Virus record (IMG/VR): IMGVR_UViG_3300014208_000003
Location: 94,263-158,262 of that record
Length of the DNA: 64,000 nt
Source: a virus
Reading direction: 5' to 3' (one strand)
A program made the position numbers and the translations under genes. Below the pieces are notes generated by a model. The model saw only the letters and a list, made by a program, of their open reading frames with translations. It was not told where the DNA came from and did not search any database. How positions within the stretch are numbered: the first letter of the stretch is position 1; each line of letters begins with the position of its first letter. Positions 9,444-18,976 of the stretch are shown here, piece by piece.

Positions 9444-9530
9444 CTAAATAATATTGAAGGTTAGATTACCGCTTGTTACGGAAATCAATCTAAGGGAGAG
9501 TTAGACTGTCCCTTCAACATCAATATTTAG
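9444..9530 (+). promoter_or_regulatory. Three-way-junction element with inverted CTAAATA boxes (copy A)
   Basis: GAAGG-TTA-P2-AA-TCTAA/TTAGA-CTGTC-CCTTC; matches the copies at 34936 and 48881. Confidence 0.75.
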
Positions 9531-9541
9531 AGGGAGATATC

Positions 9542-10546
9542 ATGGGAAAGAAAAGATTAACAACAGAAGAATTCGTTCAAAGAGCAACAGAAATTCATGG
9601 CGATAAGTACGATTATTCAAAGGTAATATATCTTAATACAATGGCTAAAGTCAATATAATTTGTAAAATACACGGAGAATTTCAACAAACACCAAATAAA
9701 CATTTAAGTCATGAGCATGGTTGTCCGTATTGTGGTAATAATGTGATATTAACAACAGAAATATTTTTAGATCGATCAAAAGTAGCTCTTGGTGATAGAT
9801 ATGATTATAGTCAATCTGTATATGTGAATAGTTCAACACTTATTAAAATAAGATGTAAAGAACATGATCTTTGGTTTAATCAAAGACCGAGAGAACATAT
9901 TCTAGGTCAATTAGGTTGTAAAACATGTAGAGATATAATAGCTCATAATAAATTCGCCAAAACCACCGAACAATTTATAAAAGAAGCACAAGAACTACAT
10001 GGCAGTATAAGATATTCTTATCATAAAACAAAATATAATAAGGCGTTGGAAAAAGTAGAGATTGTTTGTAATAAACATAACATGTCTTTCTTTGTAAAAC
10101 CGTCACACCATTTAAGAGGAATAGGATGTCCTTTATGCAATTCTTCGTTCGGAGAGAGAATTATTAAACTATTTTTAGATAATAATAAAATACAACACAT
10201 ACACCAAAAACGTTTTTATGATTGCAGAAACAAAAAACCGCTACCGTTTGATTTTTATTTACCGGAACACAATACATGTATTGAATATGACGGTGAACAA
10301 CATTATTTTCCAGTTATAAGATTTCAGAAACATTACGTTACAGAACAAAATGCAATAAAAATACACGAAACTGTAAAAATACACGATTCTATTAAAACAA
10401 AATATTGCGAAGATAATAATATAAAATTACTAAGAATATCATATACACAAAGAGATGATATAAAAAATATTCTTAGTAAATATTTATTAAATAATCATCC
10501 ACATTTAGAAAATGTACACTGTGAACATTTTACACAACCATCGTAA
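9542..10546 (+). CDS. Free-standing homing endonuclease (repeated YDYSK/CxxHG..CPxC modules plus C-terminal PD-(D/E)xK/Vsr-like domain)
   Basis: Repeats 'HGDKYDYSKV..ICKIHGEF..GCPYC'; catalytic 'PFDFYLPEHNTCIEYDGEQH'; overlaps the nrdJ 3' end in antisense. Confidence 0.85.
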   Translation: MGKKRLTTEEFVQRATEIHGDKYDYSKVIYLNTMAKVNIICKIHGEFQQTPNKHLSHEHGCPYCGNNVILTTEIFLDRSKVALGDRYDYSQSVYVNSSTLIKIRCKEHDLWFNQRPREHILGQLGCKTCRDIIAHNKFAKTTEQFIKEAQELHGSIRYSYHKTKYNKALEKVEIVCNKHNMSFFVKPSHHLRGIGCPLCNSSFGERIIKLFLDNNKIQHIHQKRFYDCRNKKPLPFDFYLPEHNTCIEYDGEQHYFPVIRFQKHYVTEQNAIKIHETVKIHDSIKTKYCEDNNIKLLRISYTQRDDIKNILSKYLLNNHPHLENVHCEHFTQPS

Positions 10547-13500
10547 TAAATCATTTTTGAACCACAAGATTCACATATTTCTTTATATGATTCACCATCT
10601 TTGATATACTGTTTAAGAACTCTAGAAACGCTTTTATCGAACGAAGTAAAGTCGTCGCTCTTATTAAGTTGCTCAACTATGAATCTCAGGGGTACACCAT
10701 GACGGATTGACATTGAGATAAATCTTGCTAAACTTCTTTCTACCGTACTTCCAAATTTACCCAAATTATCAATAAGGATTTCTTCGTTGCATAACAATCT
10801 ATAATGATTTGTTTTTACTTTACGAATTATTCCCGATGTATGTTTTTCGTATTTTTCTTTATCTTTTTCATCTATAATAGCTACAAACATTTCATAAAGC
10901 ATACCATTCAATTTACCAACGAGAATTACCATATGATCGGATTTTACTTTTAATACCTTTATATCACATTCCAAGTCTTGCGGTCTTTTAGGTGCATCTC
11001 TACGACTAACATTTTCATTCTCTTTTACATCACTAGAAGCATGTCCTAATATATTATTTCTACATTCATCGCGATATACTGTAACACCGATTACACCTTT
11101 TTTATAAGCATCTAGATAAACCTTGGCAACCTGTTCTTTGGTAGCTTCTTTAGGCATGTTGATTGTCTTACTTACTGATAAAGATACATAGTTAGCAAAT
11201 GGTTCTAATATTTCGAGATGCCATTCGGGAGATATATCATTAGCAACTACGAATGTATCTTTTTCTTCTTTAGTTAGATATTTACAACTTTGAACAGAAC
11301 CGTTATGTTTAGTTACATGTGCGAGAATTTCTTCTTTATATTTAAGATATTTTTCATCAATAAACTTTTCAAAAACAGGATCTGCTATAAACATTTCGGT
11401 GTATTCTTTATTTCCTGTTTCTACTTTGCGAATATATACCAATCCAAATACAGGTTCGATACCAGAAGATGTGTTGACAATCGTAGAAATACTTCCTGTT
11501 GGAGCTATACTTGACAAACTGGAATTATATACTCCGTGTTTTTTAATATCTTCCACAAGATTATTATTAACAAGCATCCCGAATCGTTTAACAAAAGAAT
11601 CGTATTGACTAAAAAGTCTTTCGTTAGCTTTCAAATATATTTTTTCGTCATACCACTCAAACGTTTTTTTATTTTCTTTAGCTATTACACAACTTTCATC
11701 CATACCAACTAGCGTAATAAATTTCATTAGATCTTCTGCTATAGTTTTTGCTTGTATGGAATTATATTTAATTTTCATTTCGTATAAAGCATGAGCAAAA
11801 CCCATTAATCCTAAACCAATGGGACGAGATGAGTGCGATACTTTTTTTATCTTCTCTAATGGATAATTATTATTATCGATCACTGCATTTAGATAACGTA
11901 CAGCTTTTCTAACAATGATATTTAAACGATCATAATCAAAATCATTTTTTGAAACAAATTTAGAAACATCTATTGAACCAAGATTACAAGAAGTATAAGG
12001 AACAGTTGTGACAAACTCGGAACAATTTGAAATATTAAAACCATTACACCAAAAAGTATGAGAATCATTATCAACCGTTATATCAAAAACCGAATTTATA
12101 CCCATTGATTCTGTAGAAATTATTTCAAATTGTCTTTTTTTACGAGTAGTTTTTCGTTCCTCATTTAAAATAGTAATAACTTTTTCATTTTTATATTTTT
12201 GTAAAAATTTTATTTTATTAAAAAATTTATCTTTATCAGAACAAACATTTAAGTCATAAGATTCTTTAGATTTATATATTCCATTATCCCAAGTAATATT
12301 AGATGCTTTATTAGTTGTATAATATGACATGATTCCAATAGAATTTAACATTAATTGAACTTGATTTATCAATTCTTTACATGTAGATTTGAGAGTGATT
12401 CGTCCACCTGTAACAGAACCATTTGCGGAATATAAGCCTATTAAAAATCCAATTTTTTTAGAAGTATTTCCATAAAAAAATCTATCAGGTACTTTTCTAA
12501 CAGGTAACAAAGGAAGTTCAGCAATAGTTATAGTGGTTTTTATTTCGTAAATTTTATCAGATGATGGATATAAAGTACCTATTATTTTATCTTTTATATC
12601 AGAAATAAAATAATCACTATCATTAGCTCCTATTATTAACCCAATATCTTTGTTTCTATTGCTTAAATTTTTAAAATTTTTAGAATTGGTTGTTCCATCA
12701 CCCACAACAAGACCATCCATTATATCTCGAGGATCTATATTTTCAAATATATTTTCTCCAACTATCACATCTAACATTTCAGCATCTTTAATTTCTATCT
12801 TGATATCATCATTAACAATTCTATGATTATCAGTAGATTCTAAATAACCTGCTCTAGTTGTATATTTATAAACTTCCTTTTCACCTGTATACCATTTATT
12901 AATTACTGTAGTCCATCCTTCATTAGACCAAATTTCATCACCAATATTAATATCTTTTAATTGAACAATACCTTGCTTAGACAATAGAAGCGCGGTATCC
13001 ATCAAACATGGGTTTGTAAGTGCTTTATTATCAATATGTATTAGTGTGCTTCTATCCTTTATAAAATCTTCGTTAATAATTCCCGGTTCTGCTACACTCC
13101 ATGCCTGTTCAATAATTATATCCCACAACATTTCATAAGTATATTCTTTTCCGGAACTATCTTTTAAAACATTTTCCTGACCATTTGTTATGTTAATTGT
13201 TTTAAATATTTTTTTCGGATTTGCTTTTAAAACATTATAAAAATCATTATCTATCTTTATTGAAAAATTACTTCTGTTATATTCATTTAAGTTTTTCTTT
13301 GCATTTATAAAATCTAATATTTGTGGATGATATATTGACAAAAGGGACATGCCAGCTCCGCGCCTTATTCCTTGACGAATGCCACTTAAAACCGCATCAT
13401 AAATTCCCACAAAAGAAAGTACACCACCGGATTTTTTACCAGTTCCTTTCACCAATTCTTCTTTACCTCTTAATACAGAAAAATCAAGACCAACACCACC

Positions 13501-13794
13501 ACACGCTTTTGTCACTAGCGCAACTTCTTTCATCGATTCCATTATATCTTCCATATTGTCAGCAATATCCATAGGAAAACAAGATGATAGTGTACCTTTT
13601 CTTTCTCCGTTTGTATTAGCATTCATTAAAGTTGGAGATGATGGTACGAATTCCATTTTTTCTATATGTTCCGACATTGGTTCATATAATTTTCCTACAC
13701 GTTTTGCTAATTGTTGCCAAGAAGTTTCGTCATCTAAAAAATATCTATCTTTAAGTAGTTTTAAAATTTCTGGTGTCATAATCTCATTCCCCAT
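10495..13794 (-). CDS. nrdJ: Class II (B12-dependent) ribonucleotide reductase, intein-containing
   Basis: PSSPTLMNA, LSSCF, RRGAGM, NP[intein]CSE, SCNLGS, IAPTGSIS, C-terminal Zn ribbon; no beta subunit nearby. Confidence 0.88.
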   Translation of the reverse strand: MGNEIMTPEILKLLKDRYFLDDETSWQQLAKRVGKLYEPMSEHIEKMEFVPSSPTLMNANTNGERKGTLSSCFPMDIADNMEDIMESMKEVALVTKACGGVGLDFSVLRGKEELVKGTGKKSGGVLSFVGIYDAVLSGIRQGIRRGAGMSLLSIYHPQILDFINAKKNLNEYNRSNFSIKIDNDFYNVLKANPKKIFKTINITNGQENVLKDSSGKEYTYEMLWDIIIEQAWSVAEPGIINEDFIKDRSTLIHIDNKALTNPCLMDTALLLSKQGIVQLKDINIGDEIWSNEGWTTVINKWYTGEKEVYKYTTRAGYLESTDNHRIVNDDIKIEIKDAEMLDVIVGENIFENIDPRDIMDGLVVGDGTTNSKNFKNLSNRNKDIGLIIGANDSDYFISDIKDKIIGTLYPSSDKIYEIKTTITIAELPLLPVRKVPDRFFYGNTSKKIGFLIGLYSANGSVTGGRITLKSTCKELINQVQLMLNSIGIMSYYTTNKASNITWDNGIYKSKESYDLNVCSDKDKFFNKIKFLQKYKNEKVITILNEERKTTRKKRQFEIISTESMGINSVFDITVDNDSHTFWCNGFNISNCSEFVTTVPYTSCNLGSIDVSKFVSKNDFDYDRLNIIVRKAVRYLNAVIDNNNYPLEKIKKVSHSSRPIGLGLMGFAHALYEMKIKYNSIQAKTIAEDLMKFITLVGMDESCVIAKENKKTFEWYDEKIYLKANERLFSQYDSFVKRFGMLVNNNLVEDIKKHGVYNSSLSSIAPTGSISTIVNTSSGIEPVFGLVYIRKVETGNKEYTEMFIADPVFEKFIDEKYLKYKEEILAHVTKHNGSVQSCKYLTKEEKDTFVVANDISPEWHLEILEPFANYVSLSVSKTINMPKEATKEQVAKVYLDAYKKGVIGVTVYRDECRNNILGHASSDVKENENVSRRDAPKRPQDLECDIKVLKVKSDHMVILVGKLNGMLYEMFVAIIDEKDKEKYEKHTSGIIRKVKTNHYRLLCNEEILIDNLGKFGSTVERSLARFISMSIRHGVPLRFIVEQLNKSDDFTSFDKSVSRVLKQYIKDGESYKEICESCGSKMIYYDGCVKCSQCTFSKCG
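12025..13008 (-). mobile_element. LAGLIDADG intein (328 aa) inserted at the catalytic NPCxE motif of NrdJ
   Basis: Starts CLMDTALL; STDNH block B; GLVVGDG and GLYSANGSV endonuclease blocks; ends VFDITV..HTFWCNGFNISN/C. Confidence 0.92.
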
Positions 13795-14116
13795 CTTTTT
13801 CTGTAATAATGTTTTCCAAGGTTGGTTTAATCATTTCTTCTAGTTCTTCTATTTTACTTTGAAGTTTTTCGTTCTGTTCTTCTAGTCTCTCATTTGCTGT
13901 TTCTAATTCCTCGATCCGTTCTTCTGCGTCATTCAATTCTTCTTGTGCTTCGTCCAAGCGTTCTTTTTCATAATTATTCCGATTAATTTCTTCCAGCAGT
14001 TTTTCGATACCTTCTTCCGTGACCTTATTTGAAATAGCTCCATCGAATAAGATTTTGTATTCGTTACCTAGATTAAAATCATGTCTATCGATAATGTTTT
14101 GGATATTATTTTGCAT
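13784..14116 (-). CDS. Hypothetical coiled-coil protein
   Basis: E/L-rich heptads. Confidence 0.6.
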   Translation of the reverse strand: MQNNIQNIIDRHDFNLGNEYKILFDGAISNKVTEEGIEKLLEEINRNNYEKERLDEAQEELNDAEERIEELETANERLEEQNEKLQSKIEELEEMIKPTLENIITEKDGE

Positions 14117-14136
14117 TATGTTTTTCTCCTGATATT

Positions 14137-14164
14137 AATATAAGCACATTGAACTAGGAATCAA
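14137..14164 (-). promoter_or_regulatory. Promoter TTGATT-N16-TATATT
   Basis: Near-identical to 33571-33598. Confidence 0.6.
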
Positions 14165-14616
14165 GATGGAAAAAGAGATGTTTCGGAAATAACTACGAAT
14201 TCAAAACCTCTATCGGAACAGAATTCTTTAGCAGTTTTCCATTTATTTTGATTTTTGATATAGGTAGCGCATTCATTTAGATAATTTGCTTTTGATTTTT
14301 GAGTAACATTTTTTGGTTTTCTTGGTGGAATCATTTGTTTTTGTGGTTTGATTTCTACTATGAATTTCCGGATCTTTTTAAATTTATCTATAGCTTCGAA
14401 GTAGAAATCCGGATAATATTTATGAGTCTTTTTATCTAGTTCATAATAATAGGGAATTACTAAACATTCCGATCCCCATTTCAATACATTCGGGGAGTGA
14501 TCGAAATATTGTATTGCTCTTAATTCCCATGATGATCTATAGTGAGGTGGTTTTTCTCCTATATATTTACTTTTATTAACCACCTCATAATCACCATCAA
14601 GCCACTGTTTTCCCAT
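14161..14616 (-). CDS. Head completion nuclease (T4 gp4-like)
   Basis: YRSSWE, WGSE..IPY, YYPDF, VEIKP, NQNKW. Confidence 0.88.
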   Translation of the reverse strand: MGKQWLDGDYEVVNKSKYIGEKPPHYRSSWELRAIQYFDHSPNVLKWGSECLVIPYYYELDKKTHKYYPDFYFEAIDKFKKIRKFIVEIKPQKQMIPPRKPKNVTQKSKANYLNECATYIKNQNKWKTAKEFCSDRGFEFVVISETSLFPS

Positions 14617-15245
14617 TAGATTATCTCGTCAACTAGTCCATATTCCAAGCATGTTTTTGAATCGAACATTATATCATGCTTTAGAAGTTCGTTTAATTTT
14701 GCTTTAGGAATTTTTGTGTGTTCCAGATATATTTCTTTAATCAGTTTCATTTCATCGTGAACATTACTCATACCATCTTTTAATTCTTCATATTTTCCCC
14801 ATACACCTCCAGATAATTGGTGTATAAGAATTCTGGAATGTTTGTGCATGAGTCTTCTGGAGCATACGCAAGATATAAGTGATCCAGCAGAAGCAGCCAC
14901 GCCATCGACAATAGAAACAACATCTACTTTTTTCTTTAGGTTTATAATATGATCTACACAAGCAAGTCCAGCATATAATTCGCCACCGTTAGAATTGATA
15001 TGTAGAAAAACTTTATCCTGAACACCTTCTACGATAATTGCTTGTGTAATGACTTGATTAGATATACCATGAAGAGTTTTATTTAATTTTAGAACAGAGT
15101 CTCTAGTAATTTCGGAATAAAAATAAACTCTATTATCGACCACTTCTAGATAGGTTGGTTCGAGAAAAGATAAATCTGGAGTTATATCGGGAGTTGGTTC
15201 GCATCTGTTAAAACTAAATTTCTTACTTCCAAAATTACTATGCAT
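14616..15245 (-). CDS. clpP: ClpP-like serine protease (copy 2)
   Basis: HINSNGG, GVAASAGS (Ser), ILIHQLSGG (His), HDIMF..CLEYGLVDEI. Confidence 0.88.
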   Translation of the reverse strand: MHSNFGSKKFSFNRCEPTPDITPDLSFLEPTYLEVVDNRVYFYSEITRDSVLKLNKTLHGISNQVITQAIIVEGVQDKVFLHINSNGGELYAGLACVDHIINLKKKVDVVSIVDGVAASAGSLISCVCSRRLMHKHSRILIHQLSGGVWGKYEELKDGMSNVHDEMKLIKEIYLEHTKIPKAKLNELLKHDIMFDSKTCLEYGLVDEII

Positions 15246-16104
15246 TTAGAACCTCTGTTGTTAAGTGTTTGATTGATTCAGTGTAAAGAGCAAAATCATC
15301 CTTAATCTTTTTTAGGCTATTGGTAACACAAAATTCTAAAAATTTCATATAACCAAAGGACTCTAAACGGATGCTATCGAATGTATTTAACACCGATTTT
15401 TTAACATCTTCCGGAATCTCTTCAAACGATATTAACAATCTATTTCTTTTAATATTTTCTTTTACTTCGTCTGGTTGTTTATCATCGTACAAAATACCTT
15501 CATTAAAATATTTTGTAGCTTTTACTGGCCCTGTTTTTGGAAGAATTGCTGGAATATTATCACCGGAATCTCCCATTATAATTTTTACATCTAGATCTGT
15601 TAGGGGATTAAGACTTTCAAGATAATCGGCAGCGCAAGGACTGAATATTTTTACACCTTCAAATTTTAGTAGTTGTATAAAATCCTTATCAGAAGAAACT
15701 ATTGTAATATCTCCCAAATCTCTTTCTTTAGTTAGGATCGCAACAATATCATCACACTCAGAATCTTTAACTCTCATCCAATAAAAATTTGGGAATACTT
15801 TCTTTAACTCTTCTACAAAACCATCATTCACTTTATAGAACTGTTCATAATCGATTAGAGAGGCTTTACGTGCGTCTAAACGTTGTGCCTTATATTCCGG
15901 ATATACTTTCTTTCTCCATGACTTTGAATCGATTGCTATGACCACTCTATCAGGTTTAAATTTCAAAACATAATCCAGAATAGTTTTTGTCATTAAATGC
16001 TTCCAACCACCATAATTATCATCTATCAACATATTTTTATAAGCAATATATAAATTACGATACATTATATTATGCCAGTCAATCATTATTGTTTTTTTTC
16101 TCAT
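15238..16104 (-). CDS. rnh: RNase H / 5'-3' flap exonuclease (T4 rnh-like)
   Basis: SWRKKVYPEYKAQR, ECDDIVA, SSDKDFIQL, GDSGDNIP. Confidence 0.9.
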   Translation of the reverse strand: MRKKTIMIDWHNIMYRNLYIAYKNMLIDDNYGGWKHLMTKTILDYVLKFKPDRVVIAIDSKSWRKKVYPEYKAQRLDARKASLIDYEQFYKVNDGFVEELKKVFPNFYWMRVKDSECDDIVAILTKERDLGDITIVSSDKDFIQLLKFEGVKIFSPCAADYLESLNPLTDLDVKIIMGDSGDNIPAILPKTGPVKATKYFNEGILYDDKQPDEVKENIKRNRLLISFEEIPEDVKKSVLNTFDSIRLESFGYMKFLEFCVTNSLKKIKDDFALYTESIKHLTTEVLNA

Positions 16105-16424
16105 TAGTTTTCCTTAAATGTGTTGTGGATGGTGGTTATATATTTTAAACAATCTATTTCTAAGAACGGATCCGAAAGCATGTTCAGAACAACTTTTTCA
16201 ACACTGTCCGGAACTTGGTTTATTGCTCTCTGTTTGTTATCTAAATTGTGATCCCATGCTAATTCTGGTTCCGAACATTCTCCCATATTAGTTTCTACTC
16301 TTATCGCAATTACATATTCTCTATCTTCTATTTTTATTAGATTGTCAAAATAGTAGTAATAAATGATCCAATCATCCTCTATCCTGTCCATATTTATAGC
16401 GTACCAGAAACCTTCTAACGCCAT
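16104..16424 (-). CDS. PFFEIDL-tag family member (divergent)
   Basis: C-terminal QVPDSVEKVVLNMLSDPFLEIDCL. Confidence 0.65.
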   Translation of the reverse strand: MALEGFWYAINMDRIEDDWIIYYYYFDNLIKIEDREYVIAIRVETNMGECSEPELAWDHNLDNKQRAINQVPDSVEKVVLNMLSDPFLEIDCLKYITTIHNTFKEN

Positions 16425-16545
16425 TTTCTAACATCTATACAATTAAATTTTGTACTATCACAATCATCTGTTTTGGAATTATAATGTCTATCTTGTTTAA
16501 TACCCGCACAAGAACAAATTAGTAAAAGAGCTACTATTATTTTTA

Positions 16546-17349
16546 TCATTGTCTCTCCATGAATTCTTTGTTTCTGAATGAAATATTTGGAATCATATTT
16601 AACTTATGTTTTTCAATTCTATCTATCGCTATCTTCCAGTATTTCTCTTCTTTTTCAATTCCAATGAAATTTCTTTTGGTAGATAAACACGCTATTGCGG
16701 TTGTTCCGGAACCTATGCAATTATCTAAAACAGTATCACCTTCATTCGTATATGTTTTAATCAAATATTCAAATAACGCAACTGGCTTTTGAGTAGGATG
16801 TACAGCGTTTTTATCATTAGGAAAGTAAATTAAATCTATAGGATAATTTTCAAACTCTTGTATATATGCTTTATGTGAAGGTCTTGGTGCTTTAAAAGAA
16901 TGTTCGTTTGTTGTACTATAATCACAACCACTTCTTTTCTTAGTACATGGAGTTAAACCTTGTGGATTATATAACATTCTTCTTTCTGATTTGTTAGCTG
17001 TTGTACCATTAGAAAAAACTAAAATATCTTCATGCTTTTTCATTGGTTTATTTTTCACATTCATACAATCACCAGCGTTTGATTTTTCCCAACACCAAGC
17101 ATATTTCAGCATTTCTATATTTGATGCTCCTAAAGCTGTTGTAAAAGGTTGACTTGCTGTTAAAACTATAGCACGATTATCTTTTATTATTCTTTTATAT
17201 TGTTCCCAAAGAGGTTTAAAAGGAATTACTGTGTCCCATTTACAAGCAGTAGTTCCATAAGGCAAATCACAAAGTATCATATCCACACTTTTATCTGGAA
17301 TGTACATCATCGCCTCGAGACAATCACCTAAAATTATTTCATTTAGCAT
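16546..17349 (-). CDS. DNA amino-methyltransferase (N4/N6 class beta)
   Basis: CDLPYG, HPTQKP, VLDNCIGSGTT. Confidence 0.9.
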   Translation of the reverse strand: MLNEIILGDCLEAMMYIPDKSVDMILCDLPYGTTACKWDTVIPFKPLWEQYKRIIKDNRAIVLTASQPFTTALGASNIEMLKYAWCWEKSNAGDCMNVKNKPMKKHEDILVFSNGTTANKSERRMLYNPQGLTPCTKKRSGCDYSTTNEHSFKAPRPSHKAYIQEFENYPIDLIYFPNDKNAVHPTQKPVALFEYLIKTYTNEGDTVLDNCIGSGTTAIACLSTKRNFIGIEKEEKYWKIAIDRIEKHKLNMIPNISFRNKEFMERQ

Positions 17350-18002
17350 ACTCTCTCCATGAATTCTTTGGTTAAAACATTCTCCGGACTTTTTTTGGAA
17401 ACTTTCTGGAATACTTGTTGTTGTTTAGGATTTAATGTACTCAGATCAATTATATTATTTCTTAGCTTCAATTCTGTTTGTAATAATTTTGCTATCCACC
17501 ATGCATCTATTATATCACTTTTAGGAGAATCAAAATCATTCAACCAGTTCAAATCAATCTGTTCATCTTTATTCGGATACATATTATAAGCACTTTGCAT
17601 GGCCACTTTATTAGAATTGCCTTTTAACGTCGAAAATAATTTTATCGTTGTCGGCTCGTACACTCTCATTTTAATACCCATCATGTAAACAGAAAGCTTG
17701 ACATTTCCGCAATATTCCGCTATGTCAAAAACAAGACCTTTAGATGAACCAAAAGAATATCCTTCGACTGCCGCATAATCCGATCCAAAAACAAATTCGG
17801 AATATTCTCCTTGCATAAATTCAAACTGGTCATAATTATTGTTAAAATCCTTCTTCCGGAAATAATGTATATGATCATTCGTTAATTTTTTTACAGTATT
17901 AAATCCGAGATAATCTACTTTTGTTATTTCTAATTTATCATCAAGAACAAACTTTACAAAACCGGGGCTGTTGATACTTAAATCCAAACCACATATAATC
18001 AT
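17343..18002 (-). CDS. RuvC-like Holliday junction resolvase
   Basis: GLDLSINSPG, AVEGYSFGS, KGNSNK, DIIDAW. Confidence 0.8.
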   Translation of the reverse strand: MIICGLDLSINSPGFVKFVLDDKLEITKVDYLGFNTVKKLTNDHIHYFRKKDFNNNYDQFEFMQGEYSEFVFGSDYAAVEGYSFGSSKGLVFDIAEYCGNVKLSVYMMGIKMRVYEPTTIKLFSTLKGNSNKVAMQSAYNMYPNKDEQIDLNWLNDFDSPKSDIIDAWWIAKLLQTELKLRNNIIDLSTLNPKQQQVFQKVSKKSPENVLTKEFMERVC

Positions 18003-18976
18003 TTTCTTTCCTTAAACTGAATTGATGGGATCTTGTTCTGTTTATATTTAAGGATTCTATTTTCTGCTATTTGTATATATTCCGGATTTAATTCACAACC
18101 AACATAATTCCGATTATTTTTAAGAGCAACGATAGCAGTAGTTCCGGAACCCATGAAAGGATCTAATATCAAACCATTTTCCGGACATCCTGCTTTAATA
18201 GGTGTTTCAATCAATTCTTCCGGAAATACTGCGAAATGAGCTTCTGTAAAAGGTTTTGTAGGAATATCCCAAACACATCTTTTATTTTTCGTGGTATAAT
18301 TATTATGAACAAGACCACCCATTTTAGTTCTACCGGGTGTGTTATTTAATCTTGTATCGTCTCTATTCCGAAAAGTGTTATCTGTACTGGTTGCTTCTTC
18401 TTTTACCGAATCCTGATCAAAATAATACTTCTTAGATTTTACCAGAAAGAAAATTTCCTCAAAGTCAACCGTGAATCTGTCTTGAACACTCTGAGGCATT
18501 GCATTTCTTTTATACCAGATTATTTTGTTTCTTAAAATCCACCCTCTATTAGTCATTTCAATAGCAAATCTAGAAGGAATTTGTAATAGGCATTTATCAG
18601 AAGAATAACTATCACCCAAATTTACAAAGCATGTTCCTTCTGATTTCAATACTCTCTTTACCTCTTCAAACAAATCACACAACTTATTCACATATTCTTC
18701 CGGAGTATTTTCAAGACCTATTTGTTGATCTATTCTTTTTGCACCACATTTTTTACATATACCAGTAAATACACCATAAGTAACACGTCCAAAACAATTC
18801 TTACCACCTTTATTATCTCTCATATGATTACAGTCACTATTTCCACCTTCCCAATTCGCTGTTTTATAATCTCGGAGTCCGTAATAGGGAGGACTAGTAA
18901 CACAGCAATCAATAGAGTCATCCGGAAGTGTTTTCAAAATGTCTAAGTTATTGCCTTGGAATATTTTGTTCGTCAT
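17999..18976 (-). CDS. DNA methyltransferase, probably N4-cytosine
   Basis: VTSPPYYG, HFAVFP, ILDPFMGSGTT. Confidence 0.88.
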   Translation of the reverse strand: MTNKIFQGNNLDILKTLPDDSIDCCVTSPPYYGLRDYKTANWEGGNSDCNHMRDNKGGKNCFGRVTYGVFTGICKKCGAKRIDQQIGLENTPEEYVNKLCDLFEEVKRVLKSEGTCFVNLGDSYSSDKCLLQIPSRFAIEMTNRGWILRNKIIWYKRNAMPQSVQDRFTVDFEEIFFLVKSKKYYFDQDSVKEEATSTDNTFRNRDDTRLNNTPGRTKMGGLVHNNYTTKNKRCVWDIPTKPFTEAHFAVFPEELIETPIKAGCPENGLILDPFMGSGTTAIVALKNNRNYVGCELNPEYIQIAENRILKYKQNKIPSIQFKERK

